Shown here in pieces: positions 9,221 through 18,481 of a stretch of DNA of 59,348 nt. Position numbers and translations under genes: made by a program. The stretch lies in NCBI GenBank assembly GCA_038057075.1, contig JBBUDV010000002.1, forward strand, positions 39,754-99,101. The letters run 5' to 3'. A model generated the notes under the pieces. It did no database searches. It had not been told where the DNA came from and saw only the letters and a list, made by a program, of their open reading frames with translations. Position 1 is the first letter of the stretch. The number at the start of each line of letters is the position of its first letter. The stretch comes from Patescibacteria group bacterium. GTDB lineage: Bacteria; Patescibacteriota; Minisyncoccia; UBA6257; UBA9933.

Positions 9221-11596
9221 TTAAGGAACAATCCGCACAGAATCCGAGCCTTTAATTACAGTTCCATCAATTAACTTGCCTTCCAGGTTTGCTTTAGTAT
9301 CACTTGGCGTCAGTTGCAAATCTTTGGTAATGACGTGAGAAACAATGTCGACGAATGAGTCACCGTTCACATCTTCGTAACTCACCATCGGCTGACCATT
9401 ACCTTTTAATTTCACACTGGCATTGGCAAGCTTTATTGTAGTAAAGTCAATTTGCTTAACGTCAAACGTTGCGGAACCGAAGATTACGAGAGAAGTAACT
9501 CCATTGGGTTTCAAATTGATACTGTTCGGGTAACTGCCGGGTTTGATATCAATTAATACTGGAATAAAAGAATTTATTGTGCCAATTTCTAATTTTGTTA
9601 CGCCATAACCTTGACTAGGTATCTGACTTATTGGTACATCTTGGGCAAGAATTGTCGATTGATTACCAGCAGAAAAATCAAGCGTGTATGTTGCCGTTGG
9701 CGAAGTGCCGGGCTCAGGAAGAACTTGAATAATATAATCGCCGGTCTTCGCGATGTAAGAATACACTTGGTCGACAGGATTGCCATCTGCTCCACGCTCC
9801 ATTTCCGAATAATAAAGAACGCCCGGAATCTCGCGGAGATATTCTGTATCAGATGGAATAGTTGTTGTTGAAGTAATAGTGGACCCATCGGGGTCGGTTA
9901 CGATAAGATCAACGGGAGAATGAGCGGTTACCAAAACGGCTGGGGGAAGCGCAGAAACAACTCGTTTGAAAGCGACAAAACCGGTACTTGATTGTTTTAA
10001 GTTATCTTTGAGCCTACCCACTATTCCTAAGTCAGTATTTGCCGCATTAACCACATCATATCCCCCGCTATCTCCGACATACATGGCCACATGGTCAATT
10101 TCGGGATCAACATCGTTATTAAAAAACATCACATCTCCCTGCCGAAGCTCCGACTCAGTAGTTGATGTCGTATTATCATGATATTGCCCATCCGCATTTT
10201 CGGCTTTAACAAAATTATTGAAACGAGATTTATATGGATCAAAACTGCGATTATACGCCCACATTATAAGCCCAGAACAATCTACTCCTGCTCCAAACGC
10301 TGTGCCTTTCGCTGTTCTGTAGTCATAGCCCGATTTAATAATATTAGGCGCAACAAATTCGCTTAAATTATAACCCCACCCCTTGCCACCCAATAAATAT
10401 GGTTGATTAATCAGTTCTTTCGCAAGTATTGCGGCTTTAATGGATAAAGGCAATTTGACTTCAAAATCCACATTCCCCGCTGTTCCAAATTCCTGCCATT
10501 GTGAAACATTGCCTTTGTCGTCCACCGCTCTTACTCGCCAATGATATTGGCCATCAATTAAACCGTTTTTCGTTATTATCGCTTCGCTACCGGAATTGAC
10601 GAAATCGCTCTCTAATAAATTTTGTTCATTAAAATTTTGCTCTTTTTCTTTGAGTTCTATTTGAAGTTTAGCTTGATCATTATTTGGATCATTAAGAATG
10701 GCTTTAAAAATTACGGCTGAATCAGTGGTAATTGTGTTTTCAATAATTTGATTTAAGCCGTCGGATTTAAATTGTCCAAGATTAGAAATGGTCGGCGGCT
10801 GATTCAGCGAAGGGACTGCTTGATTATAATAATTAGATATTTCTTGTTGAGAACGGGCGACATTAGAAATTCTAACTTCGTCAATTATGCCTTGTATCCT
10901 CTGAGAACTCGCATAACCATAACTCCAAGTATGATGGTTAATGTATAAAGGATAAGTAGTAAAAGAAGTTAAATTAGGCGCGTAATTACTGGTAGCTTCT
11001 AAAACGCCATTAACATAAATTTTGGAATAACTCCCATCATAAGCAAAAACAACATAATACCATTGATTTGGTTCGTGCCAAACAGAACTTTCCACTCCTG
11101 CCACATTAAATTGACCGCTAAATTTTAATTGTCTAAAACTTGTCGCGCTTCCACACCCAGCATCCACATTTCTATTAATTCCTAAATCATAATCTATTGT
11201 GGCTAACAAAGTCCTATCTCCCTTAGAAACTAAACTTTGATTTTGATTCCAACAGCCCAAATCAAAACCAGTCGGATAAACCCAGACCTCAATAGAAAAT
11301 TGAGAAAAATTTGTTAAAGAAGAAGAGTGAGGAACAGTGATATAATCAGATTGTCCGTTGAAATATCTGGCTTTGCCAAATTTGCCGTCAACAATAGTAG
11401 TGCCAATAGCGCTGCCATTATTAACGCCAACACTATCAATTACAGTACTACCGCTTATCTCATTAAACCTCCATAAAGCAACGGTATTAATGTCAATATT
11501 AAATAAATTGTCAGCCGCAAAAGAATTATTGGCGATAAAAACAAAACTAAAAACCAAAATACCCGAAAGAAATAATAACTTAATTTTATTGTTCAT
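9221..11596 (-). CDS. secreted LamG/concanavalin-like plus NlpC/P60 cell-wall hydrolase-like protein
   Basis: Signal peptide. The N-terminal LamG-like region has LWRFNE...ALDFNG-type motifs (ARYFNGQSDYITVPHS, IEVWVYP). The NlpC/P60 core has GVDCSGLIMWAY ... DHVAMYVG. Confidence 0.7.
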   Translation of the reverse strand: MNNKIKLLFLSGILVFSFVFIANNSFAADNLFNIDINTVALWRFNEISGSTVIDSVGVNNGSAIGTTIVDGKFGKARYFNGQSDYITVPHSSSLTNFSQFSIEVWVYPTGFDLGCWNQNQSLVSKGDRTLLATIDYDLGINRNVDAGCGSATSFRQLKFSGQFNVAGVESSVWHEPNQWYYVVFAYDGSYSKIYVNGVLEATSNYAPNLTSFTTYPLYINHHTWSYGYASSQRIQGIIDEVRISNVARSQQEISNYYNQAVPSLNQPPTISNLGQFKSDGLNQIIENTITTDSAVIFKAILNDPNNDQAKLQIELKEKEQNFNEQNLLESDFVNSGSEAIITKNGLIDGQYHWRVRAVDDKGNVSQWQEFGTAGNVDFEVKLPLSIKAAILAKELINQPYLLGGKGWGYNLSEFVAPNIIKSGYDYRTAKGTAFGAGVDCSGLIMWAYNRSFDPYKSRFNNFVKAENADGQYHDNTTSTTESELRQGDVMFFNNDVDPEIDHVAMYVGDSGGYDVVNAANTDLGIVGRLKDNLKQSSTGFVAFKRVVSALPPAVLVTAHSPVDLIVTDPDGSTITSTTTIPSDTEYLREIPGVLYYSEMERGADGNPVDQVYSYIAKTGDYIIQVLPEPGTSPTATYTLDFSAGNQSTILAQDVPISQIPSQGYGVTKLEIGTINSFIPVLIDIKPGSYPNSINLKPNGVTSLVIFGSATFDVKQIDFTTIKLANASVKLKGNGQPMVSYEDVNGDSFVDIVSHVITKDLQLTPSDTKANLEGKLIDGTVIKGSDSVRIVP

Positions 11597-11639
11597 ATAT
11601 TTTATTATACGCCTTTATAAAATCATCAGCAACATTAAA

Positions 11640-13463
11640 CTAATTAAATTTATTTAAAACAACCTTTGCCCAAAATCTTGCCCAATGTGTTTTGATGCTT
11701 TTTTGTTCTTGTGTTTTTATGTTTTTATGTCCCTCTGTAAACCATTTTTGGAACGGAAAAGTAAAGCCCATCTTATCACGATCCCAAACCTCTCTCGGCA
11801 AAAGATCGTGCACGGCAGATACAAGAAGAGGTTTGGGTCGTAAATTTTTAATTTTAAATTTTAAATTTTTAATACTTGAATTCAATTTAACCTCCGGCGG
11901 CAAACTGCTTAAATATTCAACCAAAGGATGGTCTAAAAACGGCACGCGTATTTCAATTGAATGCCGCATAGACATAAAATCCGTGTCTTTTAAAAGCTGA
12001 TTTTGAAGATAAAATTTCAGTTCAAGATAGGAAAGTAGGTCGGCGGAATGCAAGGAAGTTAAAAGTTTAAAGTTAAAAGTTAAAAGTTGGATTTCTAAAT
12101 CTCTTATAAAATCTTCAACTTCAGCAACGCTAATATTTAAAATTTTAGCAACTTCTTTTGGCGTAAATAATCCCCTTATCGTCAAATAAAAATTCAGCGG
12201 CGTGTCTTTTCTTAAATAATTTAATTTTGCCAAGCGCCCTTCGAATAATGAAAAGATCCCAAGCGGAAATTTTAAAAATCCCGGCAATTTCTGGATTTTC
12301 CTCAATAAAACCGCTTTTTTAAAACTCGGATAGCCCATAAAAATCTCGTCGCTCCCCAATCCGGATAAAACGGTTTTTACTCCGGCTTCTTTTGCGGCTT
12401 TGGCGATAAAATATGTATTCACGCCGTCAATTGTCGGCTGATCCATCGCCTCAAAAATTTCATCAAAACCGCTTTCAAAATCATTTTTTGTTATTTTAAT
12501 TTCTTTGTGGTTGCTGTTGATTTTTTTTACAACCATTTCCTGATATTTTTTTTCCGAAAATTCCTTTTCGTCAAAAACAATTGATAGTGTTGATACGGGT
12601 TCTTTTCTTTGTTTTGCCGCCAAGGCGGCCAAAGCCGAAGAATCCAATCCGCCGCTTAAAAACACGCCCAGCGGCGCGTCGCTTATCAAATGTAACCTCG
12701 CTGATTCTTCCAATAAATCCCTTATTTTCTTTTTTGCGGCTTCAAAATTGTCATTTGATTTTTTTAAAAAAGCGTCAAGCGCGTCATAATATTTAACTAT
12801 CTTTTGATTGCCACCAGCTTCTCTTACAAGATAATGACCGGCCGGGACAGCTAAAATCCCTTCTATCGTCGTCATCGGCAATGGCACAAAACCAAAAAGC
12901 AAAAATCCAATCATTGCTTGCGGATTTTTTTCAGCCGCAAACAGACCGCTTTTCTCCAACGCTTTAACTTCCGAAGCAAAAACTATTTTATCCTCGTCGT
13001 TGTAATAATAAAGCGGCTTTATTCCGTAGCGGTCTTTGACTAAAAAAAGTTTTTTTTGATTATCATCCCAAAGCCCAAACGCGAACATTCCCCGAAGCAT
13101 TTCAAAAGATTTTTCGCCGTATTCCGAGTAAAGCGCCAAAATAACCTCCGTGTCGGTTTGAGTTTTAAAAACATAACCCTTTTTTTCTAAATCTTTTCGG
13201 AGTTCTAAAAAATTATAAATCTCGCCGTTAAAAATAATCCATGATTCGCCGAATTTCATCGGCTGATGTCCCACTGATGACAAATCAAGAATAGAAAGTC
13301 GCCTGTGCCCGAAAACTATTACGCTTGATTTAAACTTATCAAAAAAGACCCCTTCATCATCAGGGCCCCTTCTTTTCTGACAATCATTCATTTTTTCGAC
13401 CGCGTCTTTCAACTCGTTTAGATTTCCTCCTTTATTTTGATAGATGCCCGATATTCCGCACAT
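11640..13463 (-). CDS. asnB: asparagine synthase (glutamine-hydrolysing)
   Basis: MCGISGIY N-terminal nucleophile Cys. SGGLDSS PP-loop motif (FLSGGLDSSALAALA). 607 aa. Confidence 0.9.
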   Translation of the reverse strand: MCGISGIYQNKGGNLNELKDAVEKMNDCQKRRGPDDEGVFFDKFKSSVIVFGHRRLSILDLSSVGHQPMKFGESWIIFNGEIYNFLELRKDLEKKGYVFKTQTDTEVILALYSEYGEKSFEMLRGMFAFGLWDDNQKKLFLVKDRYGIKPLYYYNDEDKIVFASEVKALEKSGLFAAEKNPQAMIGFLLFGFVPLPMTTIEGILAVPAGHYLVREAGGNQKIVKYYDALDAFLKKSNDNFEAAKKKIRDLLEESARLHLISDAPLGVFLSGGLDSSALAALAAKQRKEPVSTLSIVFDEKEFSEKKYQEMVVKKINSNHKEIKITKNDFESGFDEIFEAMDQPTIDGVNTYFIAKAAKEAGVKTVLSGLGSDEIFMGYPSFKKAVLLRKIQKLPGFLKFPLGIFSLFEGRLAKLNYLRKDTPLNFYLTIRGLFTPKEVAKILNISVAEVEDFIRDLEIQLLTFNFKLLTSLHSADLLSYLELKFYLQNQLLKDTDFMSMRHSIEIRVPFLDHPLVEYLSSLPPEVKLNSSIKNLKFKIKNLRPKPLLVSAVHDLLPREVWDRDKMGFTFPFQKWFTEGHKNIKTQEQKSIKTHWARFWAKVVLNKFN

Positions 13464-13564
13464 TTTTAAACATTAAAGCACTAGAACACTAGAGCACTAG
13501 AGCACCAAAACAAAAAGCATTAAATCAATTAATTTTATACTTATGTTTTAATGTTTTAATGATT

Positions 13565-14176
13565 TCATGTTTTAATGTTTTCCACAAATTTCCTGACTTT
13601 TTCTTCTTCTGGATAATATTTTAAGATAAGCTTTCCAATTTCACGCGCTTTATCGTTATAACCGTGAGCCATATAAAGGTCAAAAAGTCCTTGTAGAAAA
13701 ATTAATCTGTTGGAACTGTATTTCAATCCTTTCTGGAAAATATTAACGGCTTTCAAATAATAGCTCTCATCTTTAAATTTAAGCGCGACTATTTTGTAAA
13801 TTGAACCTAATGTGTATAAATTTTGGTTGAAATTGAATCCTTTTTCTTTTTTTAAAATTAACGCCATGCGATTCTCGGCCTGCCTCGCCAAAATATCAAT
13901 AACCTGCTTATCGTTTTGTTGATTTATAATGTTAATTAAAATCCCCAGATAATATTGGGTTATTTCGTCTTGGCCGACAGGCGAATAAAAATCCAAAACC
14001 GGGTTAAATAAATTATTAAAATCATCAAGCGTGCGGACTTTGCCGCCTTGGAGATTTAAAACCGCATCTATATGCGTCTGGGCTTTTCTTAACGGCAAAT
14101 AAGAGCCGAAATAAACCGCCACAACAGCAGTAATAGTAAAAACTGAAGCGATTAATTGTTTGAAAGTAGCGGACAT
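13565..14176 (-). CDS. membrane-anchored TPR-like hypothetical protein
   Basis: 203 aa with an N-terminal TM helix and C-terminal TPR-like helices (YYLKAVNIFQKGLKY..., LYMAHGYNDKAREIGKLILKYYP). Confidence 0.45.
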   Translation of the reverse strand: MSATFKQLIASVFTITAVVAVYFGSYLPLRKAQTHIDAVLNLQGGKVRTLDDFNNLFNPVLDFYSPVGQDEITQYYLGILINIINQQNDKQVIDILARQAENRMALILKKEKGFNFNQNLYTLGSIYKIVALKFKDESYYLKAVNIFQKGLKYSSNRLIFLQGLFDLYMAHGYNDKAREIGKLILKYYPEEEKVRKFVENIKT

Positions 14177-14233
14177 AAAGAATAATTTAAAATTTAAAAT
14201 TTTTAATTTTCATTGAATTTTCAATTAAATAAT

Positions 14234-14602
14234 TTAAAGATTGTTTTTATCTATAGTAGATACAATTTTATGAAAAATCATAGTTAATTCTTGCGCTTCA
14301 TTCCATATTTTTTTCAATTCCTCTTCTTTATCCGGAATACATTTTACCATCATTCTTAACCAATGTTTAGTTTCTTGCGATTCTTTTTTACAAATAAAAA
14401 TTTTGTTTCTAAAATCTCTCTTTGAGCTTGCGCCATTAGCTTCCATATAATTTGCTCCAATACTTGTTCCAGATCTGATAATCTGATTAATAATAGGTTT
14501 GGTAATTATATCCTGTTTTACGTTTCTGCAAAATTCAATAATATTTTCTCCGAATTTCGCGGTTCTCTCTTCTAAATCATAATTATTTGATAATTTTGTC
14601 AT
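14234..14602 (-). CDS. four-helix-bundle protein (23S rRNA intervening-sequence protein family)
   Basis: RSGTSIGANYMEANGASSKRDFRNKIFICKKESQETKHWLRM matches the family signature. Confidence 0.8.
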   Translation of the reverse strand: MTKLSNNYDLEERTAKFGENIIEFCRNVKQDIITKPIINQIIRSGTSIGANYMEANGASSKRDFRNKIFICKKESQETKHWLRMMVKCIPDKEEELKKIWNEAQELTMIFHKIVSTIDKNNL

Positions 14603-14640
14603 TTTAAATTTACTGAAAATTTTAAATTAAAAATTGAAAA

Positions 14641-15957
14641 TTATTTACTCGTAAATTTCCAGTTCGCAAACGCCAAAAACAAGAAAAGATTAATATATAT
14701 CGGTAGAACGTCAAAAAGCACCAATCCCTGAACAAGATAGGCAATAGGCAAGGCAAAGAGTAACGCCTTGCCGACTAATGACTTATAACTTATAACTGAT
14801 AACTGATTTTTATTGCAGTTTGATTTAAAAAATTGCCAATAATAAACGATAAAAATCCCCAAAAAACTAATTAGTCCCAACATTCCGGTCATCACTAAAT
14901 AATCAAAAAAGATATTGTGCGCCCGGTCATACCAGGTTGTAAATTGCGGCTGATAATATTTTTCAAAAGCCACGGTAAAATTTTCCGGACCCCATCCCAA
15001 TATCGGCCGCTCTTTGAACGCCTCTATTGATTCTTTCCAAAGCAATAGACGCGTCTGAAACGTCTCGGTTCCAAAATTGACGTCCAAAATTCTGTTTCCG
15101 CCGCCAACCTCCGATGAACAAAACGGCATTATATTTATTGAACGCCTGTATTTTATCGCCAACCCTCCGGAAACAATCAATAATACAACCGACAATAAGA
15201 TGACTTTCTTTATTTTTCCCTTCGGCAGAGAAAAAAACAGATAACAAAGCCCCGCGATTACAGCCACGCCCAAACCCAAAAGCGCTCCTCTGGTTTGAGT
15301 AAAAAGCAAAAAAATAAAAAACAGAGCTGACAGACCTATAAAAAATAATCTTTTAAATTTTATTTTCTCTTCAACGGCCAAATACGCGGCGTAAAATATC
15401 GCGAAAATAAGATATGTTCCGGTATAAGCCGCATTGCCTAAAGAGCCGGAAAATCTAAGACATAAATTGGAACCGATAAAATTCCCAATATTTAAAGCGC
15501 CTGCCAATCCGTAGCCGATAACCAAAGCGGCAACCCCAACCAAAACAATAAACATTTTTCTCCAGGATTTTTCATCTCTGAAAATCGCCACAAGAAGCGC
15601 GAAAAAAATAAATAAATGTATAAGCTGTAAACTTCCTTCGCCCCGTTCAAAATTAGACCAAAAAGACGCCGTTGGATTCACGCCGAAAAATCCCGCCAAA
15701 ACGAAAATAAACGTGAAAATCGCCACTGCGATAACCAAAGGCTGTCGCAATAAATTCGTAATTCTCAATTCGTAATTCGCAATTCTATTATTTGTCGCCC
15801 ATGCCCAAATAAAAAACACCAGCGCCAAATCAACGACAATTCTAAAAAAAACATACTTGCCGACAATAAAAGGAAACAAAGTGCCTTGATAAACGATTGC
15901 CGCGCTAAAAGGCGCGAGATAAAGAAAAAATTTTGATATCTTTAAATAATTAATCAT
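14641..15957 (-). CDS. O-antigen ligase-like (Wzy_C) polytopic membrane protein
   Basis: 438 aa with many TM helices and the TQTRGALLGLG motif typical of O-antigen ligase/Wzy_C loops. Confidence 0.7.
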   Translation of the reverse strand: MINYLKISKFFLYLAPFSAAIVYQGTLFPFIVGKYVFFRIVVDLALVFFIWAWATNNRIANYELRITNLLRQPLVIAVAIFTFIFVLAGFFGVNPTASFWSNFERGEGSLQLIHLFIFFALLVAIFRDEKSWRKMFIVLVGVAALVIGYGLAGALNIGNFIGSNLCLRFSGSLGNAAYTGTYLIFAIFYAAYLAVEEKIKFKRLFFIGLSALFFIFLLFTQTRGALLGLGVAVIAGLCYLFFSLPKGKIKKVILLSVVLLIVSGGLAIKYRRSINIMPFCSSEVGGGNRILDVNFGTETFQTRLLLWKESIEAFKERPILGWGPENFTVAFEKYYQPQFTTWYDRAHNIFFDYLVMTGMLGLISFLGIFIVYYWQFFKSNCNKNQLSVISYKSLVGKALLFALPIAYLVQGLVLFDVLPIYINLFLFLAFANWKFTSK

Positions 15958-15959
15958 AA

Positions 15960-18350
15960 TTACAAATTATTTATTATGTTCCACATTCCTTTTTGCGCCA
16001 AATCAATTAAAACTTCCATATCGTCTTTTAGGTCTTTAAACTGCTTTAAATAATTAGCGACCTTGATAAAATTTTCCGCATCGATTTTAAAAGCGTAATA
16101 TCGCAAAGCCGCCTCATAGTATTTTCGGTCAAAAGCGAGATTTTCTCCCCGATTCAAGCTCTCGGTGATTAATTCCGCCACTTTATCCAACCGACCATTA
16201 ACATTATAAATCAAAAGTGTTGCGTCTTTGTCTCCCAGCATTAAAGCGCTTAAATTAGGATCAACTTTATCAACTTCGGCAAGCGCTTCCAAGGCCTCTT
16301 TGTTTTTGCCGGCGATAGTTGATACTAAAGCCAAATGATAATGAGCTCGCGCCGCTTTTGGATTTAAAGAAATAGCGTAGCGAGCGGTTTCGATTGCCTC
16401 ATTATAACGTTTCTGTCCCGCCAGATTAAAAGCCAAATGATAATAAACTTCCTGCCTGTTGGGCGCGCGTTTAACCGCCTCCCGCATCAACTTTTCCGCT
16501 TTCTGATAAAGCGGGACAGCCTCTTCTTCGCTTACAACTCTCGTTATGCCGTTCAACATTTCAACCTCCCTGATTAACACTCTGATATCGTATGGCTCTT
16601 TTCTGGCAACTTCATCCATTCCTTTGATCAACAAATCACCAAGCGGTCGAAATTTCGGATTGCCAACGTACTCAATTTTGTAAAAAAACTGGTCCATATA
16701 AATAGTATCAATGCCGCTACCTCTAATATTGTGTTGAGCGAAATTATAAGGCCACATCGCTTTTTTCAAATAATCCATAACAACATTGACATCCTTGCTT
16801 ATGCCAGGAGAAGCTTTAAAAAGCCGGGCTTGAATATAAGGAACGAGATTGTAGAAATATAAACTATACCCAAGAACAACAATAAATGCCGTAACTATAA
16901 ACGCTAATGGAAATTTTAAACTAGTTTTTAAGTTTTTAAGTTGGTAAGTTGGTAAGTTTTTAAGGTCGTCTGTTTCAGACATCACATAACCTAAAACAGC
17001 AAAAAAAGTCATATAAGAAATAATCTGGTCAAAAACAAAAAGATTTTGGACAAAATAAGCGACAAGACCGGACATTATAACAGGAACTAGTAACTGATAA
17101 CTATTAATTAAAGCGCGGGATTTAAATAAAGAACGAAGTGCGAACCAAAATATTCCCAGATAAGCGATTAAACCGAAAATTCCCTGCATTACCGCCACGT
17201 CAATTATTTTATTGTGCGCTCTATCCAACCAGGTTTCGCCATAGACCGCGTATTCCGGGTCATAGTATTTTTCATAAGCAACGATGTAATTTTCCGATCC
17301 CCAACCCAAAATCGGTTTTTCTTTGAAAGCGCTCCAGCTTAATTTCCAAGTAATGAGCCGAAATTGAGTTGAGGGGTCGTTGACGTCCAAAATTTTCGTT
17401 TGCGCCAAACGATTAAGGCCGGGAATTTTTTGCCATATTTCCGAGCCACGGGTGATAACAAAAACAGCGCTGAAAAGTGTAATAAAAATTAGCAATCCTA
17501 TGCTTAACTTTTTGATGTTCAACCTCCTAATAGGAGGTTGAACATCCTTAAATTGACTCCCAAATATTGAAAAATAAATTAGTAGGATAAAAACTCCGGC
17601 TCCCAATCCTAAAATCGCGCCGCGGGTGGCGGTGATAAAAATCATTGCCGCCGACAAAACAATTATTAATAAAGAGAAATAGCGCCACCATAAAAGTTTA
17701 GAAGTTCCAGAGTCTAAGAGTTTAAAAACCCGCCCCGCAACTCCCGCTTTAGCGGGATGCTTCGAGGTTTCAAAAAATACGATAGCGGCGAACATCATCA
17801 GGAAAAACATATGAGTTGCCAAAAAAGCGGGATTGCCGACATAGGAAATCGGCCGCGCTTCCGGCATTAAAGCGAAAGGGAAGTTTTTAACGCCAAAATA
17901 TTGCAAAAAAGCGTAGAAAATGACGACGAATCCGACAACTAAAGAAATTTTGAAATAATTCAGCCAATCCTTTTTTTCAAAAACCGACACCGCCATTATT
18001 AAAAAAGCGAAGAAGTGAAGTATTCCAAAAAGCCCTTCGCCTCTTTCCAAATCCCCCCAAAAAGCGCGGTAAGAATTTTCGGCGAAAACAGCGCTAACAG
18101 CCAAAGAAAGAAAGAATAAAGAAAGAAAGATAAAGAGAGGGCTCTTAAGAAAGTTTAAATGTTTAAATGTTTTAAAGTTTAAAAAAAGATAAATTAAAAA
18201 CAAAATCAGGGCGATTTCAATAACGGTTCTGAAAAACAAAGTTTTGCCTAAAATAAAAGGGAAAATAGTGCTCCAGCTTATGATTAAGGGAGTAAGGGCG
18301 GTTAGAAAAAGGAAAAATTTTATAGATGATTGAAAAAATTTCATAAACAA
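15960..18350 (-). CDS. O-antigen ligase-like membrane protein with C-terminal TPR domain
   Basis: 796 aa. TATRGAILGLGAG loop motif, multiple TMs, C-terminal TPR repeats (YYHLAFNLAGQKRYNEAIETARYAISLNPKAARAHYHLA). Confidence 0.7.
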   Translation of the reverse strand: MFMKFFQSSIKFFLFLTALTPLIISWSTIFPFILGKTLFFRTVIEIALILFLIYLFLNFKTFKHLNFLKSPLFIFLSLFFLSLAVSAVFAENSYRAFWGDLERGEGLFGILHFFAFLIMAVSVFEKKDWLNYFKISLVVGFVVIFYAFLQYFGVKNFPFALMPEARPISYVGNPAFLATHMFFLMMFAAIVFFETSKHPAKAGVAGRVFKLLDSGTSKLLWWRYFSLLIIVLSAAMIFITATRGAILGLGAGVFILLIYFSIFGSQFKDVQPPIRRLNIKKLSIGLLIFITLFSAVFVITRGSEIWQKIPGLNRLAQTKILDVNDPSTQFRLITWKLSWSAFKEKPILGWGSENYIVAYEKYYDPEYAVYGETWLDRAHNKIIDVAVMQGIFGLIAYLGIFWFALRSLFKSRALINSYQLLVPVIMSGLVAYFVQNLFVFDQIISYMTFFAVLGYVMSETDDLKNLPTYQLKNLKTSLKFPLAFIVTAFIVVLGYSLYFYNLVPYIQARLFKASPGISKDVNVVMDYLKKAMWPYNFAQHNIRGSGIDTIYMDQFFYKIEYVGNPKFRPLGDLLIKGMDEVARKEPYDIRVLIREVEMLNGITRVVSEEEAVPLYQKAEKLMREAVKRAPNRQEVYYHLAFNLAGQKRYNEAIETARYAISLNPKAARAHYHLALVSTIAGKNKEALEALAEVDKVDPNLSALMLGDKDATLLIYNVNGRLDKVAELITESLNRGENLAFDRKYYEAALRYYAFKIDAENFIKVANYLKQFKDLKDDMEVLIDLAQKGMWNIINNL

Positions 18351-18397
18351 TTTACAAAATTAAATAAAGTATAAAAGTTTCAATATTTAAAAGCAAA

Positions 18398-18445
18398 CCA
18401 AAAACCGCCCGTCGGCGGTTTTTGGTTTGCCTGCTTGTTGCAGGC
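18398..18445 (-). terminator. tandem hairpins downstream of the surface-protein gene
   Basis: A 12-bp stem (CCAAAAACCGCC / GGCGGTTTTTGG, 18398..18425) with a U-tract in minus sense, plus a GCCTGC/GCAGGC hairpin at 18429..18445. Confidence 0.75.
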
Positions 18446-18481
18446 AGGTCCGATTATTCGCTATCGGGAAACTCAATTCGG

